Positions 53,201 to 64,000 of a stretch of 64,000 nt of DNA are shown in pieces. This stretch comes from Balanoglossus misakiensis. Its lineage: Eukaryota; Animalia; Hemichordata. The position numbers were made by a program, and so were the translations under genes. The notes beneath the pieces were generated by a model. The model was not told the DNA's origin, did no database searches, and saw only the letters and a list, made by a program, of their open reading frames with translations. The stretch is taken from contig CM082584.2 of the NCBI GenBank assembly GCA_040954595.2, positions 3,786,110-3,850,109 on the forward strand, written 5' to 3'. Position 1 is the stretch's first letter. Each line of letters starts with the position of its first letter.

Positions 53201-56200
53201 TAGTTTTCAGAGTTTCCACATCTCTTCTCAATGAATCATTCTCTTCCTGTAACATCCTCTTGCTGTCATGAAAACAATAAATAAACAAACAAACAAACAA
53301 ACAAACAAAATGTGGTCAATATGCGTATCTAACTGTAATTTAATCATAATGCTACTGGGTGCCATACCTGTTTAGAGTGTCAAGTCCCTTAAAATACGTA
53401 TTTGCCACTTTTTCTTCTAAAACGTATTTTGACTGTCTTGACATGGCTCTCATACGTACTTAGACACACTTGGCAGTCTGAGCCCCCTGTAAGATGTACC
53501 AAATCGCACTGGTTTGTACTGTATTGGTCTGAGGGTCTTGTATAGGCCCTACTGATTAACACACACTTGGCAGTCTAACAGGCCTGGGAGCCAGGATTCT
53601 AGGCACCCTGGAAATCAAACCAGTTCATACTGACTTGGCAGCGTTAGGGTTAACACTGATTGGGTAACAGGATACTAATAAAAATTTCCCTAAATAATGA
53701 AAAATTTACTTGAAATATTTACCTTTCTCTGAGTTCTCGAGAGATTGGTCCAACATGTTCATTGTAGACGTCATCCCCCGTTCTGCTATATTTAAGCTGT
53801 GTTTGCAACTCGCGAAGTTCAGTCTTCACTTCTCTCTTCCAAATTTCAATCTTGCGTTCGGTCTGCAGATCCACACCTTTTTCATTGAGTCTCTTCTCCA
53901 TTGAGTGCATCTGATCCTCATATTTCTGCATCTGAATTTTCATCTGATCTCGTTCTTTTACCAGTGACTGTATCTGTTTGCTCATATTTTCAAGCATCTG
54001 AATTTCACACGAGACAAGTGAAATCAGTGTCCATAATTCATATGAAAGGATTGCTGATTAAAAGCTAAAGGGCCATTATGTGTAACTTAAGGCAACTTTT
54101 TTTTTCTTTATCAAATACACTTTTTTGTTCCCCTCCCCGCATAGAATCCCAGCATATCCAGTTTTGCATGTGCACCAATCATTATTATTGTTGACAAATG
54201 TAGTCGGGACTAAATATGACATGAGCGGTATATTCAGGATGTTCACAAGAAGAATTGTGGATAGACTCAGTTTTGTAACCACAAAATACTGTACAATATG
54301 CAATTTTAGACAACAACATTGTAAATTAATAAAAGGCAACTTACAGTTCCTTGTTGTTCAATTTTTTCATTGAGTAATGCGATCAACCCTGGAGTTGGTT
54401 CACTGTTGGACGTTGTCTGATTCTCATAATTTTTGGTTGGAGATGGAGAAGGGTAGCGGTAGGCTGAGGTAGGTGAGTGGCTTACTGCATAACTACCTGA
54501 AAATATTCAATTGAATAATGGCAACAAAGCCAAATGAAAATGGGATAAGAGCACAGTGATTATCCTTGATGTACATGAATGAAATACGACATTCTACAAT
54601 TAGTTAATGGGAAGAGAAGAGCTCTGACAAAATGTCAGTCAACAATAGTGTAAAATGTTTTAGTCTGATAGTGATACAATGTAACTGCAGTGTTTTGTGA
54701 TGTGATACTAACAGAAGTGCAAACAAATCCATACAGCTTCTATGAAAATACATCAGCTACATGTTACTTTGTACATCTATTTCTGGTGGTCAGTTTCTCA
54801 TTTACTACTACCAGTACATGTTTTTCTTTGAACTGCTCTGCTATTTAACTTTGGCTAATATCTGTACACAGTAGAGATGTGGGGTGCCACAAATATCAAG
54901 TGATCATAATCTAATCAATCAATGTCAGTGTGTGGATGCACGCATGATTACAAGAAATATTGAAATTTGCGAGCTGAATTCCAATTCATGAATTTCCATT
55001 TTGTGTTACTTATTTTCATTTTCAGTCCTCTGTCAGATATCAATTGATATTGAAGTTTGCTATGTTTCCCTCAGGATCTCATCTTTCATTCTCTTTACAC
55101 AAAATCTTGTTGAAACTGGTTTGATTTCCAGGGTGCCTAGAATCCTGGCTCCCACTAGGCCTGTTAGACTGCCGAGTGTGTGTTAATCAGTAGGGCCTAT
55201 ACATGACCCTCAGACCAATACAGTGCAAACAAGTGCGATTTGGTACATATTACGGGGGTTCAAACTGCCAAGACAGTCAAAATACGTTTTAGAAGAAAAA
55301 GTGGCAAATACGTATTTTAAGGGACTTGACACTCTAAACAGGTATGACACCCAGTAGCATTAGGGTTAAAAGCTTTTGTATTAAACCAGTGTGTGCTCTA
55401 ACAAACAGCTTTGAGTCAATTTGAGGATTCCTAAAAATTATTCTGAGTCAGCCCTATATCTTTACATGTAGTGTGAATAATTTTCTTGAGTCACCAGTGA
55501 GTTTGTTGAGTCAGTCGCATGTCATATGGTCTTAGAGGGCACACTGCGTATAACCAAAAAAGATAAAAGATAAGTAAAAAATCAACAGCTGAAATAAATC
55601 TTTACCTGAGAAATTCTCTTTGGGTATGTATAGTCCACTGCTATCATAAGATGAACTTGACCTTGTATTCCCAAGACGTTGCTGTGCATGGAAAAAAAAA
55701 AGATTATTGTTTATTTTGATAAGTCGCTTCAGACTTTTTAATATGTTTGTGCAATTTATTTGTTACAGTGACATAGCTTTAACTCAAGGAAAGACATCTT
55801 AGTATACTGGCTGGAGAGATGAATTCCTGGCTGGAACATGTAGTATAGTTTCAGAGGATAAATTTAGTTCGTAACTTGTAAATAAAGAATTTTTGCAGGC
55901 GTTATCATGAAAGACATTCAAACTGATTTTATCTACACATGTATATATCTTATATATACATGTATAGATACACACACACAAACACAAATCACTGGGGGTC
56001 ACTATTAAGCTTTTGAAAGTTGACATGGGGGAGGTCATGGCCACACACTTTTCAATTTTCGATTGGGGAGGGGGGTCAGTCACTTTTTGTCTTGATATCC
56101 ACAAAATAGAATCCCCCCCCCCCCCAGGCTGAAGGAACTGACCAGTCCCTTAGCCAAGCTACAGATACAAGTTACTCATGGAGTGAGTGTGTTGCTATGG

Positions 56201-56778
56201 CAACTGAAGGGGACGCTTTGCCCGAACTGCATTAACCTGTCAACAACGGAAATCAAAATGTTAAACCATATCAATGAAAACACCATTGAAATAAATAATC
56301 TGACCCTCCTGAGTGCACGTCGTGAACCCACGGACGCGTGGGGATGTGGATTAATTTTCATGCAAACGTTGGGCACCGGGGCCGCACAAGATCATGAAGA
56401 CAGCTCTGCAGACTGTGTGTTCCACTGTGGCGGAGGCCGTGTAACGCCGGGCCGCGAACACAGCTAGAGCTAGGCACAAGACAATCCACACAAGGCTAGC
56501 CCTGCCCTGCGTAACGCCAGGAACACACAGACCTGTACGCAGAGTTACCCACAGCCACTGTAGTTCAGTAGCTCGACCAGAGGTGTTTTCCTTGGTTTGC
56601 AACCTCGAGCTGCTAAACTGCAGCTCATCGGCAGCCCTGCCATTGCCCCCGGTCGACTCATTGCAAGCTCAACAGGGGAAATGGTTTGAAGTGTCGCCAA
56701 ACTTACCCGCACTTTGGCGAGATTGGCTTCAGTCTCTCTCACAATAGATGAAAATTTACTTTCCCAGTTAAGCGACAT
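50250..56778 (-). CDS. uncharacterised coiled-coil protein, ~386 aa, 9 exons
   Basis: In-phase exons 56707-56778 (MSLNWESKFSSIVRETEANLAKVR), 55606-55681, 54345-54496, 53723-53997, 53118-53262, 52568-52668, 51891-51994, 50878-51009 and 50250-50353 (stop TAA). All borders are GT-AG and the total is 1161 nt. The core is heptad-rich in E/K/Q/L and the C-terminus is acidic and Ser/Asp/Leu-rich. Confidence 0.88.
52842..53048. mobile_element. internally deleted copy of the AGGGACAAAG (Kolobok-like) MITE
   Basis: TTAA|AGGGACAAAGTCTCT ... AGAGACTTTGTCCCT|TTAA. Confidence 0.85.
53340..53653. mobile_element. piggyBac-like MITE, copy A
   Basis: Ends in CGTTAGGG|TTAA. The degenerate left end is TTAATCATAATGCTACTGGG. 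It is the reverse complement of 55113-55368. Confidence 0.75.
55113..55368. mobile_element. piggyBac-like MITE, copy B (inverted relative to copy A)
   Basis: Ends in CCCAGTAGCATTAGGG|TTAA, with high identity to the reverse complement of 53346-53626. Confidence 0.75.
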
Positions 56779-57235
56779 ACTGCCGTTGAGCTGTATGAAT
56801 GTCGAGTACAGAAGCCTGCAGCCGACCGACGCCGTGTATAAAGCCTGCTGACAGTCGATCGTCAGCGTCCGTTGTTTGAGTGCCTTGTGGTCGTTTGCTG
56901 TGCGCTGACGTCTTTTTCTTCGATGTGTACTGCGGATATCTGTTGACATATAACAATTTCGAATTTAACGAAACTTGACGGTTTGTGGATATGTTTCACA
57001 GCAAACAAGTTTACTATACTATTTTGAAAGATTGCCAATTCTCGAACTATCTCGCGAGAAAACGCGTGATACAAGTAATAGAGTGTCTCTCGAAGTATTC
57101 TTCGTCAGGTCATGTTTAGTGTAACAGTCGTTGTAAAGTATTTGCTTTTAGGTAAAATATGATCCAAATTCACATATATATGCTTTCTGTTGAACGGTGT
57201 AATTTTTCTAATCGTCAGCTCAGTGTCTATATTAA

Positions 57236-57977
57236 GGCTGCATTCACAAACACCTCTGGAGGGGGGCGGGAGAATTGAGGGGGGGGGGGTAAAAAATTGA
57301 GGGTATGTAAGGGGGGATTTGAAATAATTTGGGGACTAAAAGGGGGGGGGGGACTTAAAAAATTCACTTTTGCCTCCCCAACTGTGGGAACTAAAAATTT
57401 CTTTTGGGTCCCCAACAATGCAGTTTCGAGCCCTTCATATTACAATTTTTTCTCCCACCCCCTTCATTCATCAACACATTTCATTCATTGACTAGTTTAT
57501 CTGGTGAACCACGGCAGGGTACTTGCTCCCCTCCCCCATCGATGCTAACTTTGAGCGGCGAGGGTTAAATTTGTCCTCCACAACATAGTTGGATTTAATA
57601 GCTTTGAGCTCTGTATTTTATAAAATCTTCTTACGTGGGAGGGGGACACCCCCTCCCAAACCCATCCCCTTCACTTCTCAGTTTACTACATGTATGTCTG
57701 CCAACACATGACAATGTTCATTTAATACTGATGAGGGAAGACATCAATTTCCAGTTTCCAAATTCTTTTCATGGGAGCGCTGTTTTTCTTTTTTACAAGA
57801 TATATATATACATTGATTCACCACCCCCACCTGAAGGGGGGATTTCAAAATTTTTGCAGTTCGGAAGGGGGATTTCAAAATATTTCGGGTTGTGTACGGG
57901 GGCATTTGAAAAAAAAAACGGTAACAAAATTTGAATTCTCCCGCCCCCCCCCCCCCCCCATGTTTGGGAATGCAGCC
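57236..57977. mobile_element. PIF/Harbinger-like MITE with G/C-run subterminal regions
   Basis: TAA|GGCTGCATTCACAAACA ... TGTTTGGGAATGCAGCC|TAA. Confidence 0.8.
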
Positions 57978-58113
57978 TAAAGCTGCTGATTTTTGTTCTG
58001 TTTTGACGAGCAAGACCAAGAGACCTATTCCAAAAATATAAAGGGGGAGGGGGGGGGTTAAAATAATGTCTTGTGCTGCAATAACATGGAGAACAGATGC
58101 ATCTATCTCGTTA

Positions 58114-58913
58114 GGGACTGTTCAGTTTTTACGGCTGGGGGCCGGCAAGTTTGTGTCATGGGTTTTCAAAATCAGGCCGACCCCCTTCACCCAGGACCAA
58201 AAAATGATGACCCCCCTTTGACAGGCCAAAAAAATATGATGACCCCCCCCCCACGCCGAAAACATTCGCTGTCCTGATCCTATGTACACTGTATGCAATA
58301 AAGGGAATGAGGCTTCCCACACCTCAATTATAAATTTCTTAATAAATTTCTTTACGTACTTGAAGTATATAATAGTATATCAATGCAATAAGAATGAATT
58401 AAAATGACAAGTCAATACAATAGTTGATAGGATTGGTAAAACAAGAAAAGTGGTGGGGGTGGGCGTGGGAGGGGTGTCCCCCTCCCACATAAGACAATTT
58501 TGTAAAAATACGGTGCTCAAAGTTGCATTTTAATGTACTCAAAAGCAAATTAACTAAATATTAGGGAGGACCAATTTTACTTTTGCCACCCCACTCAAAG
58601 TACGCATCGGTGTGGTGGGGTGGCAAGTAGTCAGCCCTCGTACACTAGACAAACCAGCCAGTAAATGAAATGTGGCTAAGAATGGAGGGGTGGGTGTGTC
58701 CCCCTCCCACATCAGAAAATTTTGTAAAATAAAGGGCGCGAAACTGCAATTTTGTGAACTCAAAAGCAAAAGTTTTGTGACAAAAGTATGTGACCCCCCC
58801 CCCTAAACGCTTGAAAAAAAAGATGACCCCCCCCCTTTTGGACTTCAAAATTTAAGTGACTCCCCCCCCCCCCCTGGATTTTGCCGCCCCAGCCGTAAAA
58901 ACTGAACGGTCCA
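58114..58913. mobile_element. PIF/Harbinger-like MITE
   Basis: TTA|GGGACTGTTCAGTTTTTACGGCTGGGG ... CCCCAGCCGTAAAAACTGAACGGTCCA|TTA. A related end occurs at ~15040-15105. Confidence 0.8.
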
Positions 58914-60856
58914 TTAACCTACTTTAAAATTTCATCAGTGTCAATCTCTGAATGCACGCGCGCCCTTGAAGTTGATTACTGACACTGCTCACCCAAAATA
59001 CCCGGATGTTGGTTTCAGGTCATGCGCAACGTCAACAACAACAAAGAAGCATGCATTTCAACCGCAGCAATCTTGCACTGCAAGACATCATCGGAAGAGG
59101 CACTGCTGGGATACTGCAAGGAGGAGGGTGATTATGATGTCATTTCAGCCGTTATTGAGTGAGTACACCTTATATTATCGCATCTCTAACATTATCTATG
59201 AACACGCAGTCTCAACGGCGCTCACTTGCAATCACATTGCTTCAAAGTTACTTGCGGGGAATAAGAGTATTACAGCGACGACAATCGCACAAATGCAACT
59301 CAGATTTATCGAAGAAATCGGCCAAGGGCTCGGATATCTTCACGCAATGAACGTGAGTGGTTGGTGAATAATTTATTCGGTTTTTCATTGAGAACCGTCT
59401 TTCTTATAAATATATTACTGCATGGCCTGTAGAGGGCGTGATTGACAGGCTTTGTTGCTGTGGTAGCATTGCCCTTGGAGACTGGTGCTAAGGATAACTT
59501 CTATAACATAATCATCATGATTATGTTATAGAAGTCAGACATGATAATACATAAATGTATTAAATTGCCTATAATAATATTATCATTACTCTCCCGTTAG
59601 GAGCTTTCCATTGGGCATCGTCAATGCCAATCAGAAGTTATCCCTATGGTCATGTGCTTACATTGTTCGCTAGACTGTGGGTGCAGAGATGGCCGCACAC
59701 TTGGTCGAGCAACAGTGTGTCTACCTCAGCACTGTTGAATTTATTATTTCTCTGCATTACTCAGTGATAGCTTGCCGAAGATCTCTCGATCCCATGATAT
59801 GAGTGTTGTTTTTAGGCCAAATACCGGTATGTCGTATTTGTGATTGGCTGAGACGCACTCACGAGACATAGAAATACATGTAAGTGATATAAACATGGCA
59901 AGAGTTGATATGGTCAGAGATCACCATCCCTCGAGCAGGCTAAAGGTCATGATATTGCCCTCGCTAACATGTGTTATTATTTAACTATCAATCACGTGAT
60001 CTGGCCATGTGACTGACCCATGACATTGTCATTTCCAATATTTCAGCATCCAGTAAAAGTTTTTCCAGGTATGTTTATACTTTAGAACCGCCAGACACGT
60101 AATATGTATCAGGTACATGTATGGTGCGCCATCATCAGCCTCAGGGTGTTTTGTCTGCACATGCAGTCGTCTCCTGCACCAAATTGCTGAAGTTGCCCGT
60201 CAGCTGGAAATTTGAATGCCAATATTAAATTCTAGCCCTTTTCAGAGAAAAAGTTCTAGCTGCTACTCTTAATAGGTTGTGAATATACATGCATTATCTT
60301 GTCTGCATTGTCGTATCTGTTTTGCATGCATATTGAATGCAGGGTGCACGGGGCGTCACGCTCAACTGATGTAAATCTATATATATCCGTGTGTTCTTGT
60401 TTTAAGGTAGCTGTCATGAACGATGCCTATCAGGGGAAACCATGCTGAAAAATCAATGAAAAAGATTTATGTGTGTGCATATACAACTATAATGCTGTGT
60501 GCTGGAAAAAAGCGTGTGGTAAGTTGTTATTGGCCAGTAACTGTCGCATAGTTGATATCCTAGCGAAGCTAAGTTAAGAAGTGTTGAACTGGTATAGGCT
60601 TATATGAAAATATGTCTCTACTGCCGTCAGTTTTATGCAAAGCTTGATTACTTACTAATTGGCCAGGGGCATTCAACAACCGTGGCTGTCAAAATTCATC
60701 TTCAAATGAGATGAGTGTACTGTTTGAAATGGTGAAATTTGCTGTTTATAAGGTACAGGTGACAAAGCCCTATGCTTTACTTCAATTTACACTTCGATAA
60801 TTGAGCCACTGTGAACTCAGTGAAATGTATACTATCGGGGTACGCTTCCTTCTAAA

Positions 60857-62100
60857 CTAACCAGTCCAACATTCTTGTTGATTACCTCTAAGGGTGCTTC
60901 TACGTTGACGTCTCCAGAGTCCGTGTGGCACCGCCACAGGTATAGCCAGGACAATGATGATGACGATTAGAGCAAGGAACAAGAGGGTCAGGGTCAGAAT
61001 CAGAGCAACTGAAGTAGAACCTGCAAGGAAGAGGAAACAGAGAAGCTGGTGAGGATTCGGTCTGTTCGTAGGGAGACAGACAGGCAGGGAGGTAGGTTGG
61101 TAGGCAGCCTGAGAGACAGACGAACTGACTTGCAGACAGACAGACAGACACAACTAAAATATGATGTGTTCATACATCCATCCAAATGGAAGAAATAGTT
61201 GGGAGTATCTACGTAAGCTATGCATTGAATCAGATAAATTTTGAATCAATAACTGCTTGAGTCACTGGCTTCCTCATCGCCAGTCGTTGATCGTTATGGC
61301 ATCATTGCAATCAACATCTTGGGGGAAAGTGCGGTAGGTGCATCAGTTGGAGCAGTCTTCCATGTCGTGACTGTGGAGATGGGTTATGGTTGGACATGCT
61401 GTACCCGGACCTGGTGTGATCCTGGGTTCAGTTGTCGTGCTCTGTTCTGTTTGAATTGTTGTCGGGGTTGGGTGTGGCTGCCGGGCTGATGTAGCCATGC
61501 TGCAGGTGTTGTCGGTTTATCGGTGGTCTGTAAAGTTTGTCGCACTGATGTCGCTGCACTGGTTATCCCTCTGGTTGTTAGAGTGGTATGTGCAGACGGT
61601 CTGTTCTGTGGTTTCTTGCAGTGATGTCGTTGGGTGTTCGAAGTTGCTTTCTCTGTTGTTGTTGATTTCTTCGTTTCTCCCCTGGTTGTCGCCAACTCTG
61701 TTGACAACTTTGTAGTCTGCTGTGCAACGGTGCTCGAATTTGTCGACATTGATGTCTGTCGCTCAGAAGTATGAACAGTTGTCGAACCTTGTGTCATTAT
61801 TTCGCGTTCGGTAGTTCTCGTTTCTGTTGGCGTTTGAAACTCAGAAGTCCTCGGCTCTGTCTGCAGTTCCAACGTCGGAACTCCAGTGGTAGGCCTATAG
61901 TCCGTAGGGTTGTCGTTTCCAGTCTGGTCGACATGATGGTTGTTTCAACCACGGGCGGTTCACTCAGTGTAGTTACCAGTGACCAATGTTGTCAGTCTCT
62001 GTGTTGTTGTTGTTGTTTTCATAGTTTTCCATTGTCCGAAAAGGTGACTGTGTTGTTTGCACTTAATGCTGTTGAGGGAATAGCATAAGTATCAGCATCC
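60857..62100 (-). pseudogene. mucin-like Thr/Ser-rich single-pass membrane protein, apparently frameshifted
   Basis: The Thr-rich stretch ~61260-62100 switches frame several times, and ORF 61384..61872 is only part of it. A downstream exon with an AG at 61021-61022 encodes GSTSVALILTLTLLFLALIVIIIVLAIPVAV-PHGLWRRQRR (TM helix plus basic stop-transfer). Confidence 0.6.
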
Positions 62101-63342
62101 TACAGGGCAAAAAATACAGAAAACAGGGGCATAAAGTGTAAGGGCATTTTCACAAGATGAGTCACGTGTTCCTTCACAGACTGTCTTCGCGGCAACCATA
62201 AGTTAAAACTGGCGACTTTCTGTTCCCGGTACAAATGTTGTCAAAATATTGACAAGCACATGCAGGTGCAGTGTATATGGTTTTATTAACGGTTAAAACT
62301 GGATTGATAATTTGTGTTTTTGAGGCCCTGTGTGTGACATGACCTTGAAATTGTGATATAACGACTTGAAGGACAAGTAAATCGCCAGTCTACTTCCGAA
62401 AACTCCTACATAGTTGTGACAGTCAAGGAGAATGCTTTTAAAGCCAACACCTTATAGACACACGTGAGGACCAGTGCAGAAATTTTATAAAAAGTAAACA
62501 TATCTTTAAAGGATAGGAAAAAGTTGCGCCACTGATGATGTGGCAATGAAAAAACCACAACCATTCTCTGTACACACATACTCATGAAACGACCAGACCA
62601 ATCTCCTGCTGTAGGAGCTTTTTGTGGCTCTGTGTCAGTGATTGCTTTACACCATCACTAACAATCGCAAATTCATTGCTCAATTAATTGTGGCTTGGCT
62701 GCACCCTATGAATACATGACTTTGAAATGTGATAATATGTATCATGCAACTTAGTACTTGGGATCCATTTACCACTTCCATTAGGTAGATATACCTCTCT
62801 CTGTGACAAAAAAACAAACAATGTCAAATGGGTTTTTATAACATGTGGGAAATCCCATTTTTTGTCACATTTATAATCTCCAACCATTATCGTTCTGAAA
62901 GTATTAAGTGAAAAGGCATGTGGGACTTTTTTTTAATGCCCACAGTACTCTCCACATTACGTACAGCATTCTCTGGGATCATTCTCTTCCTTGAACTCCC
63001 TGGTTTTCAACCAGCAGCTTTCAGTATAGCCCCTCTGAACAAAGCTATATTAGGCTTTTAATTAAGAGTTGGCAAGGGTCCCTCAGGGAGCCCATTGGTG
63101 GAATTGAAATGGACCCTACAAGTTAGTAATTAACAGGACTACCAATATGGCTGCTGACTTCACTCAAAGGTGCACGTGTTTTCACGGGTGTTTTGACGCA
63201 TTGCTCTAAATTTTGTGATTTTACTATATCCTTGAGTAACGTTTACTACATGAAATGGCTTGTTTCAGCTGGTTTATGGTCGTTTAGCTCGTTTTGGGTG
63301 GTTTCAACATTTATCATATGCCATACAAAGGTGGGTGCATGT

Positions 63343-63445
63343 CAATCTGATTAAAATCAGATGTAGGGAACGGCGACTTGTTTTTTTTATGCTGTCGCCT
63401 CACACTACAAGTCGCCATTCCCTACATCTGATTTTAATCAGATTG
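63343..63445. mobile_element. 103-bp hairpin MITE with perfect 9-bp TSD (copy 2)
   Basis: GGTGCATGT|CAATCTGATTAAAATCAG ... CTGATTTTAATCAGATTG|GGTGCATGT. Confidence 0.9.
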
Positions 63446-63539
63446 GGTGCATGTGAGCCTACTCATCTACATAAGAGTCTGTAAATCAGTCGGGGGTCAG
63501 GCCTGGATGCAGGTCGTAGTCTCCAGATCTCTGATCGTC

Positions 63540-63744
63540 ATGGCATCCACAGACCAACTCGACTCACCCAAATTGGTGCAACTATCGTCAAAGTTTGATT
63601 GCTACGAGTCTTCATACAGAGTTTACACCTCTCTGACAGACAAGTTCGAAAAGGTTGAAGCGTGTCCAGAAATAGTGAAGGTTTGTACCGAAAATGTTGC
63701 CTCGACGGACACATTCCATTTTCTGGCTGTTGGAAGTGGAAACG
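63540..63744 (+). CDS. first coding exon of a histamine N-methyltransferase-like class I SAM methyltransferase; the gene continues beyond the window
   Basis: MASTDQLDSPKLVQLSSKFDCYESSYRVYTSLTDKFEKV...FHFLAVGSGNG, followed by a GTAAAT donor (phase 1). The SAM motif I and the N-terminal Y.ES...Y helix resemble HNMT (YVESFRRF...ILSIGGGAG). Confidence 0.7.
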
Positions 63745-64000
63745 GTAAATACACTTATATTTTCACCACCTGTCTATTGCCGTTGCTCACTTTTCATCAA
63801 TCCAGAGGTGAAAGCACATACCGCAAGCCAATATTTTACCTTTCACTGGGCTTTAATTAATCAACTTCTATACTGTAGTTTGTACATGTAGCTTAGTAGT
63901 CTAGAATCCAGACTCGTGTGTTGTTTCCCTATGCTCAGGTTATGCTTTGCCTAAAGGTTCACAGTGACATATATGCTGAATGTGGCTCCTCCCCTTTTCC

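Noticed and set aside
58966-59367. 133-aa plus-strand ORF
   Set aside because: It has no recognisable motif or convincing splice context.
62580-63050. Possible upstream exons of the mucin-like gene
   Set aside because: Splice-like signals are present, but no consistent open frame could be built.

Overview
This is AT-rich, intron-rich animal genomic DNA, not prokaryotic. The gene content suggests a marine invertebrate deuterostome such as a hemichordate or echinoderm, but that is inference. GT-AG exon chains, reconstructed by hand, support five genes and one pseudogene: (1) a 13-finger C2H2 zinc-finger gene (-, 11141-13754 and possibly further); (2) a 17-exon GABA-B-receptor-like class C GPCR (+, 18988-31731); (3) a secreted C-type-lectin + F5/8-type-C (discoidin) protein (+, 37957-48167); (4) a 9-exon uncharacterised coiled-coil protein (-, 50250-56778); (5) a frameshifted mucin-like transmembrane pseudogene (-, ~60857-62100); and (6) the first coding exon of a histamine N-methyltransferase-like gene (+, from 63540). 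Between them lie decayed LINE fragments, many MITEs (target-site duplications TTAA, TAA/TTA, 6 bp and 9 bp) and microsatellites. The most striking structure is a 4.7-kb foldback element (42883-47567) in the last intron of the lectin gene. It is made of two inverted 5' halves of an Academ-like DNA transposon, each carrying the transposase 5' coding region, and is flanked by an ATT duplication. Host transcription should produce a ~2-kb transposase dsRNA hairpin, an architecture reminiscent of maize Mu killer.
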